From Eledone cirrhosa (lineage: Eukaryota), in contig OZ024765.1 in the NCBI GenBank assembly GCA_964016885.1, positions 8,804,001 to 8,868,000 on the forward strand: DNA of 64,000 nucleotides, read 5' to 3'. This document shows, piece after piece, positions 41,045-56,800 of this stretch (within the stretch, counting starts at the first letter, position 1; each line of letters starts with the position of its first letter). The translations under genes were made by a program, and so were the position numbers. The notes beneath the pieces are model-generated. The model searched no databases. It was not told where the DNA came from and worked only from the letters and a program-made list of their open reading frames with translations.

Positions 41045-41474
41045 AGGTTATATTTAATTTGTTGGGATGCAACAAGCAAAATATTTTTATAACTGATATA
41101 AAGCACTCAACAAATTTTTGGAGTAAATATACAATATATTAATAAATGGAAACTATATTTATAAAAGCATATTTATATCATTATACATATTTCAAGGGCC
41201 ACCAAGGCAAATTATGGTGCGCTTTCATCAGATAAAATATAATACAGGTTTGTTTTATAAATAAATATTGACATACCCTGAAAAAATGCAACCATTCAGG
41301 AGATTCCAACCAGAATGGTTGCATTTTTTTAGGGGATGTCAATATTTATTTATAAAACTAACCTATATTATAGTTTATCTGTTGAAAGCGCACCATAATT
41401 TGCCTTGGTGGCCCTTGAAATATGTATAATGAAATAAATATGGTTTTATAAATATAGTTTCCATTTGTTAATAT

Positions 41475-41480
<6 letters not shown>
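41045..41480. mobile_element. Fold-back pair of pLTR fragments, each with a hammerhead (minus 41176-41239, plus 41371-41436)
   Basis: CTGATGA/CTGTTGA aagcgcaccataatttgccttggtggccctt GAAA tatgta TA atga; centre aaatgcaaccattc..gaatggttgcattt. Confidence 0.8.
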
Positions 41481-41504
<24 letters not shown>

Positions 41505-41511
<7 letters not shown>

Positions 41512-42127
41512 ATGTATATATAATGTATTTTGCAATACACTTTATGCTTAATTAAAAGCATTTTGAAGACCGTATGCTATTGTTTTAGAGTAGTGACAAA
41601 TTCACTTACTTTAATCTCAGCAAACAGGGGAGATAAGTCGACAAGGCATTGTTTCGCTTTTGTTGAAGCTTATCAAGGCTAACTACCCCTCCTGTCTACT
41701 GAGATTACTGATGTTATATTCTTATAGAATTCTAGTAAATAATCAGGAACTGATTATACAGAGCGATTGTTGGTCAGGCAGAAATTAAAAATTAGAATTG
41801 GAGCTCTGAAATAGCAATATATATATGGATGTATATATAATGTATTTTGCAATACACTTTATGCTTAATTAAAAGCATTTTGAAGACCGTATGCTATTGT
41901 TTTAGAGTAGTGACAAATTCACTTACTTTAATCTCAGCAACAAAAGCGAAACAAGGCCTTGTCGGCTTATCTCCCCTGTTTGCTGAGATTAAAGTAAGTG
42001 AATTTGTCACTACTCTAAAACAATAGCATACGGTCTTCAAAATCCTTTTAATTAAGCATAAAGTGTATTGCAAAATACATTATATATACATCCATATATA
42101 TATTGCTATTTCAGAGCTCCAATTCTA

Positions 42128-42131
<4 letters not shown>
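41505..42131. repeat. Non-coding ~317-bp tandem unit with a hammerhead (minus 41636-41680), plus an inverted partial copy
   Basis: 41509-41625 recurs at 41826-41940; 41941-42131 is the reverse complement and crosses the unit junction. Confidence 0.8.
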
Positions 42132-42159
<28 letters not shown>

Positions 42160-42163
<4 letters not shown>

Positions 42164-42490
42164 TAAAATAACAGATTAAAAGTTTAAGCAACGAATCGCT
42201 GCTTTCACCCTTAACGGGATCTTCTGAAACTAACAAAGTCAATCTGTGAACGCAGAAGTGAATATTTCAAAAATATTTCAAAAAACGTTGCAACCGGAGG
42301 AAGACAGGAAGACGATACTTTGGTTCGTGGAAACGTTCCCTGGCAAAGAAGGGGAAAAAACGAATATGATACGTCATTATTTGGAGTGGTGAAAAACAAT
42401 TACACGCAAAGACAAAAAGTTTCAGAAGATCCCGTTAAGGGTAAAAGCAGCTATTCGTTGCTTAAACTTTAATCTGTTATTTTAATAAAT
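42160..42490. repeat. ~72-bp inverted repeat with a ~185-bp spacer; arms carry a hammerhead-like CAGAAGA..GAAA motif
   Basis: 42160-42231 versus 42419-42490. Confidence 0.8.
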
Positions 42491-42597
42491 ATTTGCTCTA
42501 CGGTTCTTATATATTTGAAATATATTTATCCTTATCGAGCCCTCTTTGGATTCAAATTTATTATTATTACTTCAAATTTATTATTATTACTATATAT

Positions 42598-45500
42598 ATA
42601 CGCTCTGCTAACTCTCTAGCCCACTAAATATTAACACTTCGAATATTTAATACTGCCGGCACAAGTATCGAGCACCTTTGGCATACGCTACTTGGCAAAT
42701 AACTATATGTATCACCTATCCTCCCCTTTTTTTGTCTCTCTCTCGATACGTAAATACTGTATTACCGTGCTCCTTTTGTAGTGCATCTCACCTTAGTTGC
42801 CATTATGTTGGAGAACCAGCCGTTACCCATGTCTCTCAAGTGTATCCCCTTACCCAGCAGAAAAACCTACCTCAAACTGCTTATAGACGCTACTAATTCG
42901 TTTATACGGAGAGTCAGATGGAAGGCCTACCACCTGGATAAGAACACCCGTAACCTTCCTGAACCCAAAGAGAAGTATGGTTTCAAAACATACCGAAACC
43001 CACCGCACAACACCTTACTGGACTCCTTTGAAGAGGACCTGCTGAAAATGATCAAAAACGTTAAGTTCAGAAAGAAACACCAATGCAGCAATCCATTCTT
43101 AACGTCCCTTGATACACTAATAACTAAGATCAAGAATGACCCGCACCTCTTCGTCACCTCCGACAAAACCAAAAAGCTGTACAAGATGGACGCGAGTAAG
43201 TATAAAAAATTCATCTATAAGGAACTACACAAAGACTACAAAAAGACACCCTCTAGTACCCTAAATGACATAAATAGAGTAGGGAAGGATATAGTCACCA
43301 GCTTAGAAATAGAAAAGTACACTAACCCGTACGTCCCTCTGACGCCTAAATTCTCTCTTAAGGATCACAAATATGACTTTAATGAAAGCCCCTCTATTAG
43401 ACTAATATGCCCCTCTACATCAGATATAGGTAAGATTAGTAAAGTGATCCTCGATAGAGTACTACTGGAGCTTAATAAAAAGGCTAAGGTCTGCCGCTGG
43501 GGCAACACCGACCAGGTCATAAATTGGTTCACTGAGTTGCCGGATAAAGCCACCCTGAAGTTCATCCAGTTTGACATAGATAGTTACTACGTCTCTATCT
43601 CCCCCATACTCTTAAATAAGGCACTTATCTTAGCTAAATCTAACACCAGCCTCACTAAAAAAGAAATAGACATAGTTCTAGCGGTGCATAGAACCATTAT
43701 CCAGTTCGAAGGCTCCCACTGGACCAGAACCAACTGTCCTGATAACTTCGATGTCACGATGGGGTCCAGTGACTCAGCGCAAGCAACTGACCTGGTCGGG
43801 ATATACCTCCTACATAAGCTTAGGAAGAGATACCGGCCCTACAAGGAGGTGTATATAAGGACGACGCCCTGTTTACCGTTAGGAACCATAGCCCCTGTAG
43901 GATAGAGAACCTTAACAAGCATATACACAGGTTCTTCAAGTCATACAGCCTATCCGTAACTATGGACCTCAACCACAAGGTTGTCAACTTCCTGGACCGG
44001 ACCCTGGAGTTGAGTACGGGCTTATACAAGCCATACCATAAGCCTGGAGAGTGCCTCTCTTATATTAATTATGCCTCTAACCACCCTAAGCAGACTCTCA
44101 ACTCCATAGTCTATAGTATCTCACATAGAATCTCGAGACTATCCGCCAATGAGGATATCTTCACCCAAGCGGCAGATTACTACAATAGGGCCTTGATAAG
44201 CGCCGGCTTTAACCGAGGAATTTCCTACATCCCTAACGCTAGCCCTAGAAACCACCACCCTCATAAAACGAACGTTATAGTAAGCCATACCTATAACCGA
44301 TCACGCGGCGACCTCGTTGAAGTCGGATATAATAGAATAGATAACCGCACTAAAGATCATGACCCCCGGCGACGGTGAACACTGTAGATTACTCGAACTA
44401 TTCCCCTATTACAAAACCAACAAAGGCGACTGCCTACTACCAACGCCTTCCAACCAACATCTTCCTGTACATAAACATGGAAGAGGTAGGAAGAGTGCAC
44501 CCGAGCATAAAGTGAAAGGGGCACCGAACGGGCGACTGCGCATTAACACACATAAGAGCGGTCACCTAGATGGAACAACCCGCAGTAAACGTACAAGGAC
44601 ACGTATTCGCCACCGTAACGTCCTATGGTTCCACCCCCTACTCTCGGAGTGTGGCCTCCAACATACCCCGGATGTTCTTCGAAGCCTTATCGAAGAACTT
44701 CCCGCCCAACCATAGGTATAGAAAAATTCTTAATAGGAACAATATAAAATTATCCTTCTCTACTACTCCTAACCTAGCAGACATCATAGGAACAACGAAC
44801 CACAGTAAGATCACCAAGACACAGCACCTCGACACAGACGCACCTACACCTGACAATAACTATATCGGCGTTAACAACTCCCTGGCAGCATCCAATAGTG
44901 TTGGCAACGGCATCCTCAGACGCAACCAGCATAACCGCGAAATGACTGGGGAACATGCAGGACATGACGTGCGGAATAACAATCGCACCACCCCGCGTGC
45001 TGTGGGGTGTAATGGTGCTAACGACAGCTGCGGTAGCGTAGGTAACAACGTAGGCAGCAACAATGATAGCCTTACCGTGGGAAATAGACGGAACCGCGAC
45101 AGAAATTGCAACTGCCGCGACAGAGGACCTTGCTCCTTAGAGGATACTGCTTGACTGATAGCATTATATATAGATGCACTATAACTAGCCACAATAGCGT
45201 TAAACATTATATAAGGGCTACCTCCGGCCCGTTCAAAATTAGATTTCGAACACATCTCCACTCTTTCACAAATAAAAAAACTAAGACACTCCACTTCGCT
45301 CGCGGACTACATCACATCACTAAAGGACTTAAACATCAGCTTCTCCACGAACTGGGATATTGTCGGCAGGACTGCACCGTACAACTTCAAGAGGAAATGC
45401 GATCTTTGCCTCATGGAGCTCTACCACATCATAACTGCACCCCACGAGCTCATCAACAGCAGAGCTGAAACAGCGATAAGTTGTACACATCGCTTAAAAA

Positions 45501-46021
45501 TATCCTTCTTCAGATGGGTTAAGGATGAGGAGTGAAACCGTGCACCGGATCTCCCTGCAACAAGTCTTAACACCCCGGCGGGCAGGCGCTGCAAAAAAAA
45601 ATTTGTCCGGGAAAGACTGCCCTAACACCGGCCAGAGTTACCTCCCTTGACCTGCTGCAAAATCAAAACAAGCTATTTTTGCGAGCAATGAACTTTGACG
45701 TGGATTTAACCCCCAAAACTCTTTCCGAGCAATGTAAGGAACACTTTTGATTACTTATGCCCTTGAGAAGCCCAACTGGGCGAAACGTACGTAGGTGCTG
45801 TTTCAAATAAACATGTTTTAACGGTCTATTCTCCGATTTCTTACTTTCCCACGTGCTTACGCTCTGCTAACTCTCTAGCCCACTAAATATTAACACTTCG
45901 AATATTTAATACTGCCGGCACTAGTATCGAGCACCTTCGGCATACGCTACTTGGCAAATAACTATATGTATCATCTATCCTCCCCCTTTTTTTTCTCTCT
46001 CTCGATACGTAAATACTGTAT
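42598..46021 (+). mobile_element. Near full-length Naiad-like PLE with ~160-bp direct terminal repeats; frameshifted RT and GIY-YIG
   Basis: 42600-42761 matches 45859-46021; SDKTKKLY, IRLICP, FDIDSYY, FDVTMGSSDSAQ..DLVG, VNFLD, SNHP, CNCR..C, YIRAT..RFRTH, CDLC..E. Confidence 0.88.
45757..45798 (+). ncRNA. Hammerhead motif, U3-A8 core, weak stem I
   Basis: cc TTGAGAA gcccaactgggc GAAA cgtacg TA gg. Confidence 0.65.
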
Positions 46022-46062
46022 ACACACACACACACACACACAGACACACACACACACACACA

Positions 46063-46171
<109 letters not shown>

Positions 46172-46232
46172 ATGTATATATATATATATATAATGTATAT
46201 ATATATATATATAATGTATATATATATATATA

Positions 46233-46303
<71 letters not shown>

Positions 46304-46358
46304 TATAATGTATATATATATATATAATGTATATATATATATATATATATATATAATG

Positions 46359-46391
<33 letters not shown>

Positions 46392-46727
46392 TATAATGTA
46401 TATATATATATATATAATGTATATATATATATATAATGTATATATATATATATATATAATGTATATATATATATATAATGTATATATATATATATAATGT
46501 ATATATATATATATATAATGTATATATATATATATATATAATGTATATATATATATATATATATATGGAGGAGGTTATAGTTCACTTGAAGCATTGTGTA
46601 ATGAGGTATAAACGTTTGTATATGTATAATAAACCCAAAACGCTGCAGGTATGGACATAGAATAAAGAATGCAAATGCAAAAGATATTGTTGACAATTAG
46701 TCTTTTACCTTAGATTTATTTAAATGT

Positions 46728-46762
46728 CCTTAATTTTCGAGATAATATCTCTTCTTCGGAGG
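46728..46762 (-). ncRNA. Minimal hammerhead-like motif (U4C) in a PLE 3' end fragment (46570-46935)
   Basis: cct CCGAAGA agagatattatctc GAAA at TA agg. Confidence 0.5.
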
Positions 46763-46935
46763 GAAGTAAAGCGGTTAAACCAGTGTTCTAAATAGCTTGC
46801 CAAGTCATGCTGACAGGAAACGGTATAGAGTATCTGTTCTATCTCTAATGTCAAAGAGTTAAGGTTAGGTGGATAAAGAGTAGTCTCCCTTTAAAAGGTT
46901 TTTTTTTGTACATGCCTGTTTAAGTGTGTGGGAGA

Positions 46936-47560
46936 ATACATAAACATGGAAGAGGTAGGAAGAGTGCACCCGAGCATAAAGTGAAAGGGGAACCGAACGG
47001 GCGACTGCGCATTAACACACATAAGAGCGGTCACCTAGATGGAACCACCCGTAGTAAACGTACAAGGACACGTAATCGCCACCGTAACGTCTTATGGTTC
47101 TATCCCCCTACTCTCGGAGTGTGGCCTCCAACATACGCCGAATGTTCTTCGAAGCCTTAGAGAAGAACTTCCCGCCCAACCATAGGTATAGAAAAATTCT
47201 TAATAGGAACAATATAAAAATATCCTTCTCTACTACTCCTAACCTAGCAGACATCATAGGAACAACGAACCACAGTAAGATCACCAAGACACAGCACCTC
47301 GACACAGACGCACCCACACCTGACAATAACTATATCGGCGTTAATAACTCTCTGGCAGCATCCAATAGTGTTGGCAACGGCATCCGCAGACGCAACCAGC
47401 ATAACCGCGAAATGACTGGGGAACATGCAGGACATGACGTGCGGAATAACAATCGCACCACCCCGCGTGCTGTGGGTTGTAATGGTGCTAACGACAGCTG
47501 CGGTAGCGTAGGTAACAACGTAGGCAGCAATAATGATAGCCTTACCGTGGGAAATAGACG
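46936..47560 (+). mobile_element. Internal Naiad-like fragment, near-identical to 44468-45090
   Basis: ORF 47094..47651 matches 44570..45154. Confidence 0.9.
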
Positions 47561-47679
47561 GTGTGTGTGTGAGTGTGAGAAGATATGTCTATACGTAAAT
47601 GTGGGGGATAGATGTTATCTCGTGTTAGAACTGGTCTTTGTGTGTGTGTGAGAGAGAGAATAAGTGGAGGTGTAAGCGC

Positions 47680-47718
<39 letters not shown>

Positions 47719-49817
47719 CGTGTGTGTGTGTGGGGTGTGTGTGTAAATATGGAGCTAGAAGCTCTATCAAGTTATAAATTGGGTGTTGAGTTCTAGTCTA
47801 TTATTGATTGGTGGTTGTGTTTTGTCTATAATTAGTGCTTCCTTAATTCTAAGATTGCCGAGGTTTCTTTCCTTAGTTTCTATCCTAACTGTTATGGTTT
47901 TGTCGGTGTTTTTGCATTTAACTAGGTGTTTCTTAAATGAGGAAGCGTTAGTATTGAGGTGTTCTTTTATTCTTATGTGGAGTGGTCTGGTGGTGCTACC
48001 TACGTAGAAGTTGCTGCATTTGTCACACTCTAGTCTGTATACGACGTAAGCCTGGTGGCATAGGTCTGTGTCGTTGATGGGGCAGTTGGCTAGCCTGCAG
48101 CAGTTGTCATGTCTGGTGGAGTGTCTTTTGGTTAGCTGTCCGCGCAGAGAAGGACCTGAGTGGGCCAGTTGGATATCTAGTCCCTCTCGTCTGATAGCTC
48201 TGCGGATGGCTGTTGTTGTTTCTTCACTGAAGTGTGGGAGCTTCAGGAAGCAAGTGTTAGTGCCTCGGGTGTGGTGTCCTCTGTTCTTTCTGGCACGGTT
48301 TGTGGTGGATGTCGTGTATCCGTTCAGTTTGAGTACTTCCAGGAAATGTGTGGTGTGTGTGTCTCGGTCTCTAGCGTCGGTGCATTTGTTCCGGATACGT
48401 GCCAGTTCGTTCCTTATGTATCCGAAATTAGCGCCGGCTGGGAGGGCCGATCTGAAATGTACGAACAGGTCCCTGCTGGCGGCTTTTTTATAGAAGCAGG
48501 TGTGGATGTTGCCTTCCTCTGTTACCCTGAGTTGGAAGTCCAGTAGGGATAGGGATCCGCGGTCATCGGGGTGTTCCATGCTGAACTTTATACTGGCGTC
48601 CATGCTGGAGAATGTTGTGTATATTTTATCTGCTTCCTCACGGGATGATGTAAGGATGAGTATGTCATCTACATATCGGGTGAAGAAGGTATGGGAATGG
48701 CAGGTGTTGAGGGCTCGGCATTCTAGCTGGTTCATATAGGTGATGGCCAGCAGGCCCGATAGGCTGGATCCCATGGGTAATCCTGTTGTCTGTCTGTATG
48801 TGTGGTGGTGGAAGGTGAAGTACGTGTTGTCTACTGTGAAGGACAAAAGCTGGTGTATGTCCGTCGGATGGAGGCCGTAGCAGTGGATGTCCTCTGCGAC
48901 CACGCAGCCCGTCAATAAATCGACAGCTGGATGAGCGGGGACTGTAGTGTAGAGGGAGACAAAGTCGAGGCTAAAGGCGTATCTATTTAGTTTAAGTTGT
49001 TCTGGCTGGAGTTGGTGTAGTCTGCGTATGACTTCGTCGGAGCTACTGATATGCCCGGGAAAGGTGGAGAGTAGATGTTGAGGACCTGGGAGAGGAGCCA
49101 GGAAATTTTGTATAGGGGTCCTTCTATGCTAGAGACGATGGGTCTTATTTGCGTCTTAGTACTATTCTTGTGGGTCTTGATGAGGTGGTAGAAAGTGGGC
49201 AGTCTGCTATTGCTAGTGGTGTAGTTGAGCTTAACTTTATTTGGGAGTTGTCTTCTACATATATCGAACCAGATGGAGTTGGTCTGTTTTTCGATCTGGG
49301 CTGCAGTCATGTCCTGTATATAATTCATTGTCGCTTAGGTGTTCAAAGGATAGGTTGTTGTATGTGGCTTGAGAGATGACGCAAAACTCTTTACCTTTGT
49401 CGGATGGTAAGTATATAAGTTCCCTATTTCGTAGGTTCTTCAGGGCGAGTTGTTGTGTCCTGGAGAGGTTTGGGGCTATCTTCTTCTGTTTCCGTAAGAT
49501 GTTAAATACGGAATGTTTTAGCCTCGAGAGTTTTTCTTCAAGCTCGCGGTTGGCAGGCGGTGGACAGAGTGGGCGATCCAGTTGGTATATCGGGAATCTG
49601 GGTTTGTTAGATTCCGTGGTGTTGTTGCCGAGAGTCGATATCCATTTTAGTTGGTAGGCAGCCCGACAGAAATTCGTTTCTATGTCGAGCCATGTAAACA
49701 CCTCTGACCTGTGTTTAGCCTCTCCCAAGGGGTTAGTCTCTTGAGCGTAAACAAGTTACCACGGCTTGTCCCAGAGGCGGGAAAGTTCAGATTCGGTTTC
49801 GAATCTTTGCCGCCGTT
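47560..49817 (-). mobile_element. Poseidon/Penelope-like PLE; frameshifted RT plus GIY-YIG
   Basis: SDKG, LPTFYHLIKTHK..RPIVS, GLPMGSSLSG, RYVDD, VVYRLECDKC..YVGSTTRPLHIRIKEH..EALII..IN. Confidence 0.88.
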
Positions 49818-49991
49818 ATATATATATATATATAATTATAAGTGTGAAGAATACACGGACAACATTTAGCCACCTCTTCTCCATAGTCAAGAGGAATTAA
49901 ATGAATAATCAATAAATTTGAGCTAAAATTAAAATATAAGAAAATAAAGATAAATGTTACTGAGTTACTTTCCGTTAGTCCCGACTGTGTA

Positions 49992-50043
<52 letters not shown>

Positions 50044-50085
50044 TTCAAAATATTAATAAATGTAGACATTCACTTAATCAAAATA

Positions 50086-50151
50086 TATTTTATTATATAT
50101 ATTTCGGAGGTACTGTGGTGTTTTATCAGTACGTCCTCATCAGATAAAATA
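50086..50151 (-). ncRNA. Type I hammerhead motif, canonical
   Basis: tattttat CTGATGA ggacgtactgataaaacaccacagtacctcc GAAA tatata TA ataaaata. Confidence 0.85.
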
Positions 50152-50181
50152 CATAAATTGATGTATGACATACCTCAACTG

Positions 50182-50231
<50 letters not shown>

Positions 50232-50328
50232 CCATTCACAGACATGCACATACATTGTTTATATGTGTATGTATGTGTATATATACATACATATATATAT
50301 ATATATATATACACACACATATATATAT

Positions 50329-50362
<34 letters not shown>

Positions 50363-50632
50363 CATAAAACATGTCTATAGAATCACCAGATAAAATATAT
50401 ACCATTTCCTCTCCCAATTAGCATAATTAACTATATAAAAAATCGAATAGACCAGGCTACAAGAATAAGGCTTCTATGAAGAAATCTCCAACAAATAACC
50501 GAAACTAGCCCTTCACGTCGGCCGCGACGGAATATTTATCGAATATTTCGACAGCGTAATCGCCCAGATACAGTCAATTAAACAGAATTAGGTGTAAAAT
50601 AAACTAGGAGAAAATAGAATACATTTATTTAC

Positions 50633-50705
50633 CTCTACCATGGTTTCGTCCGCATTTTGAGATTTCCAGTAACTTTGGAAACTCGAGCATCGGACTCTTC
50701 AGGAG
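50633..50705 (-). ncRNA. Type I hammerhead motif, canonical, long stem II
   Basis: ctc CTGAAGA gtccgatgctcgagtttcca..tggaaatctcaaaatgcggac GAAA ccatgg TA gag. Confidence 0.85.
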
Positions 50706-50907
50706 TTTTGCTCTAATCTAGACATTACATTTTCCAAAGTTATCGCGCCAAGAATTCATTCAAAAATGGCTAAGAATCGTGACGTAGCAGCGGTCAGGTT
50801 GGAAGGGATGTGGTTGTTGCTTACGGCTGGTGGCTTTTTGCTAGAAAGCACAGCACAATACAGCCAAATTTGTATCTCAACCTAATGGGAGATTATTACA
50901 TATAAAG

Positions 50908-50966
<59 letters not shown>

Positions 50967-50981
50967 CATATACGTGTTTTG

Positions 50982-51015
<34 letters not shown>

Positions 51016-51312
51016 GTATTCTGAACGCTCATGAAAGTCACCCAGCTTATGCTGACCGGATAACCATGTTGCTTGTTTTTTTTCCTATCTTCGGTTTGCT
51101 TTATCCTTCTATGTTGTTTACTTGTCTCATTCGCTTTACGCGACTCACTTGTCCCAATAGCTTTTTTTAGTTATTGCTCGCACCAACCTGAGATATATGA
51201 TTTTTAATGCGATGAAATACCAATGATGGTTGGCAAATCACTGACGAGGGACTAATTTTATAATATGTAACCCATGTGCAACCACGCAGTATTCCTCTTC
51301 TCATGTTTTTTA

Positions 51313-51351
<39 letters not shown>

Positions 51352-51744
51352 TATACATTATTGTCCATTTAAAACGTATTTCGGCCAAAACTAGATCAGT
51401 GGATAATATCTACAACATCATAGGTGGCACCACCAGCTGCACAGATGTGACTTTCGACTAAACTCTCTGCGTTCTATACTCTTACTTAGTCATTTATTTG
51501 CGGGGTTGTGTTCGACACTGCCAGTTAAACAGGCAGGTGCGGCGAACAAGCAAGGGTGTGACAGCTAAGTGAAGTCAGTTTTACAGTGAATATACTCGAG
51601 CCAACTACACGGTATAAGAAGTCTGCTATGATCCATGCCACCAACTTGTTTGTTTTGATTCTATAAAGTTGCCGCCCCTTCATCTAAATCCGCCAGTCGA
51701 CCCACCCTAGCTAACCATTGTGATGGCTTGTTAACCTTGACAGC

Positions 51745-51944
51745 NNNNNNNNNNNNNNNNNNNNNNNNNNNNNNNNNNNNNNNNNNNNNNNNNNNNNNNN
51801 NNNNNNNNNNNNNNNNNNNNNNNNNNNNNNNNNNNNNNNNNNNNNNNNNNNNNNNNNNNNNNNNNNNNNNNNNNNNNNNNNNNNNNNNNNNNNNNNNNNN
51901 NNNNNNNNNNNNNNNNNNNNNNNNNNNNNNNNNNNNNNNNNNNN
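51745..51944. other. 200-N assembly gap
   Basis: Run of N. Confidence 1.
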
Positions 51945-51958
51945 TATATATATATATG

Positions 51959-51989
<31 letters not shown>

Positions 51990-52004
51990 GTATATATATA
52001 TATG

Positions 52005-52058
<54 letters not shown>

Positions 52059-52090
52059 TGTTTATATGTATATATATATATGTATATATG

Positions 52091-53636
<1,546 letters not shown>

Positions 53637-53845
53637 AATTATTAAAAAAATAATGAATAAACAAAGAAACAGTTCCTTATATTAAACAAAAAAAGTTCAT
53701 TATTTTACGATCGTTTCTAGGACATATATGTGTTAGAATTGGTATGTATATTCATATGTATACGCATGTTGAAAAAGTGTAAGTAAATATAAAAATTTAG
53801 GGCTAATGTCTACAATCTACAGACAGAATATATATATATATATAT

Positions 53846-54169
53846 ACGATATTAAATAAATGGAAACTATATTTATAAAACCATATTTATTTCATTATAT
53901 ATATTTCAGGGATATCATATTAACAATATGTTATGCCTTCCTCAGACAAAATACAATATAGACAGTTTTATAGATAAATAACTGCCAAATCAACTTTCTC
54001 AAATACAAGTCGATGTTGAACGGTATGTCAAATCTATTTATCTATAAAACTGTCTATATTGTATTTTGTCTGAGGAAGGCATAACATATTGTTAATATGA
54101 TATCCCTGAAATATATATAATGAAATAAATATGGTTTTATAAATATAGTTTCCATTTATTTAATATCGT
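53846..54169. ncRNA. Perfect ~135-bp fold-back carrying two hammerheads (minus 53888-53953, plus 54062-54127)
   Basis: tattttgt CTGAGGA aggcataacatattgttaatatgatatccct GAAA tatata TA atgaaata. Confidence 0.85.
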
Positions 54170-54254
54170 AAATATACTCCAAATACTTGTTGAGTGCTTT
54201 TATATCAGTTATAAATATTTACTAGTTGTAACCCAACAATTTAAATATAACTTT

Positions 54255-54287
<33 letters not shown>

Positions 54288-54408
54288 GTAGGAGGTGAGT
54301 TTTATTGTAGTACAATAAAGCAATGCAGATATCGGATAAGAAGCACTCTATGTTGATTTAAAACTGCACTATCCACAAGTGTTTTTTAGCCTTCATATCA
54401 TGTTCTCC

Positions 54409-54479
54409 TGTTTTATCTGATGAAAACACAAATATTATTGCATGATGATGTTTGTTTTTGAAATGCGCATAATAAAATA
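54409..54479 (+). ncRNA. Type I hammerhead motif
   Basis: tgttttat CTGATGA aaacacaaatattattgcatgatgatgtttgttttt GAAA tgcgca TA ataaaata. Confidence 0.8.
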
Positions 54480-54509
54480 CATGGAACTCCTTTAACCATC
54501 TTTTGATCT

Positions 54510-54546
<37 letters not shown>

Positions 54547-54549
<3 letters not shown>

Positions 54550-54715
54550 TCATCATCATCATCATCAACGTTTAACGTCCGTGTTCCACGCTTGCATGGG
54601 TTTGGACGGGGGTAGTCCCACTTGAGGCAAGAGTGATTGTCTTGCTCGCATAGGACTGTCTGGCAGGTTTTCTACAGTTGGATGCCCTTCCTAACACCAA
54701 CCACATTTACAGTGT
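54547..54715 (-). mobile_element. RTE 3' UTR fragment
   Basis: Reverse complement of 18148-18320. Confidence 0.85.
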
Positions 54716-54793
54716 ATATATATATATACATATATATACATACACATATACACACACATATATATACACACATACATATACATACACATACAT

Positions 54794-54868
<75 letters not shown>

Positions 54869-55229
54869 TATAATATTATTATAACTATATGGATATTGAG
54901 GCGCTCACATAAACACGCCCACACACTTACATTCAGATGCAGAAGTAAAGGAGGTAAGGGAGGAAGTAATTAAAGGAAGGTATCAACCTTGACATACTAG
55001 TAAGAATGTATCCACAAGAAATATAAAAAAAAACATAAAAAAACATAAAAGAGAGACATAAAATATACATGCTTATATACATACGCACATTTACACATCC
55101 ATACGTTCGATACATACATACGTACACACACACACATACACATACTTAACCTCACGCATATTAACCTGTTTGTATGCATACACATAAAAATAAAAATAAG
55201 TAAAACATATACCCATACATATAAATACA

Positions 55230-55291
<62 letters not shown>

Positions 55292-55336
55292 TACACACAC
55301 ATACATATATATACATATACACACACACATACATAT

Positions 55337-55435
<99 letters not shown>

Positions 55436-55523
55436 CACATACAAACACACACACACCCATGTATATTTACACAACCACACACACACACTCAGACATACAT
55501 ATATATAGAGACATACACACACA

Positions 55524-55555
<32 letters not shown>

Positions 55556-56800
55556 AATACACACAGTCAGACACATATGTACACACATACACATACATAC
55601 ACACATCTCTACAAATACATATACATACAAATACATACATACACATATATATACATACATATAATATATATATATGTATATACACTCATACACACATTTC
55701 CATGCGCACATATGTATTTTTATACTCACATAAAAACACACAAACATACATACACACTTACATACACATACATACATCCACGCTTACAAATACAAATAAT
55801 TATTGGGGGGGGGGGGATTAAAATTATTAGTGGGAAATAGTAAATATATAGGTCTCAAGGAACATAGAATATTAATCTGCAGCTAAAACATATGTGTTTA
55901 CATAGTTGTATCGGTTTTAGGAAATAGTATTTGTAAGAAAGAAGGCTAAATTATGTATTTTAATATAAGTAGAATATTAATTATAGGTTAACTAAGATAA
56001 AAATAGTTAATATATTAATTTCTAAGGTGTATACTACTTAGGTTTATAATATTTAAAGCGGAATTTTGAAGTTAAACAGTAGTAGAGTATTAATTATAGC
56101 ATAACTAAATTAAAAATAATTACATATATTAACATGATGGTATCAAATTTAGGAAATGAATTTTGTAATAGGGAAAGCCAAATTAAGTATTTCATCGGTA
56201 GTAGAATATTAATTATAGGTTAACTAAATTAAAAATTATATATTAATTTCTATAGTATATGTTAATTAGGTTTATAATAATTAAAGCAAAATTTTGTATT
56301 TTATCTATAGTAGAATTTTAATTATAGGTTAACTAAAATAAAAAAAAATCTATATATTAATTTGTAAAGTGTATATTAATTAGGTATATATTTAAAAGTT
56401 TTTCTCAGTTTATGATTACACGATATTCTGCAATCCATCTGTATTAGAATTTTAATTATAAGCTAACTAAATTAAAATTATAGGTTAACTAAATTAAAAT
56501 TAATTTATATATTAATTTCTAAATTGTATATTAATAAGGTTTATAATATTAAAAAGTATTTCTCCGTTATTAATTACACGATATTTTGTTGTATTTCATC
56601 TGTAAAAGAATTTTAATAATGGGTTAAATAAACTAAAATTAATCTATATATTAATTTCCAAAGTATATATTAATTATGTTAATAATATTTAAATGTTTTT
56701 CACAGTTTATGATTATACGATATTTTTTAATTTATCTGTAGTAGAATTTTAATTAAATTAAAATTAATTTATATATTAATTTCTAAAATATATATTATTA

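Noticed and set aside
51745-51944. Continuity of structures across the N run
   Set aside because: It is a fixed-length scaffolding gap, so the true distance and orientation across it are unknown.
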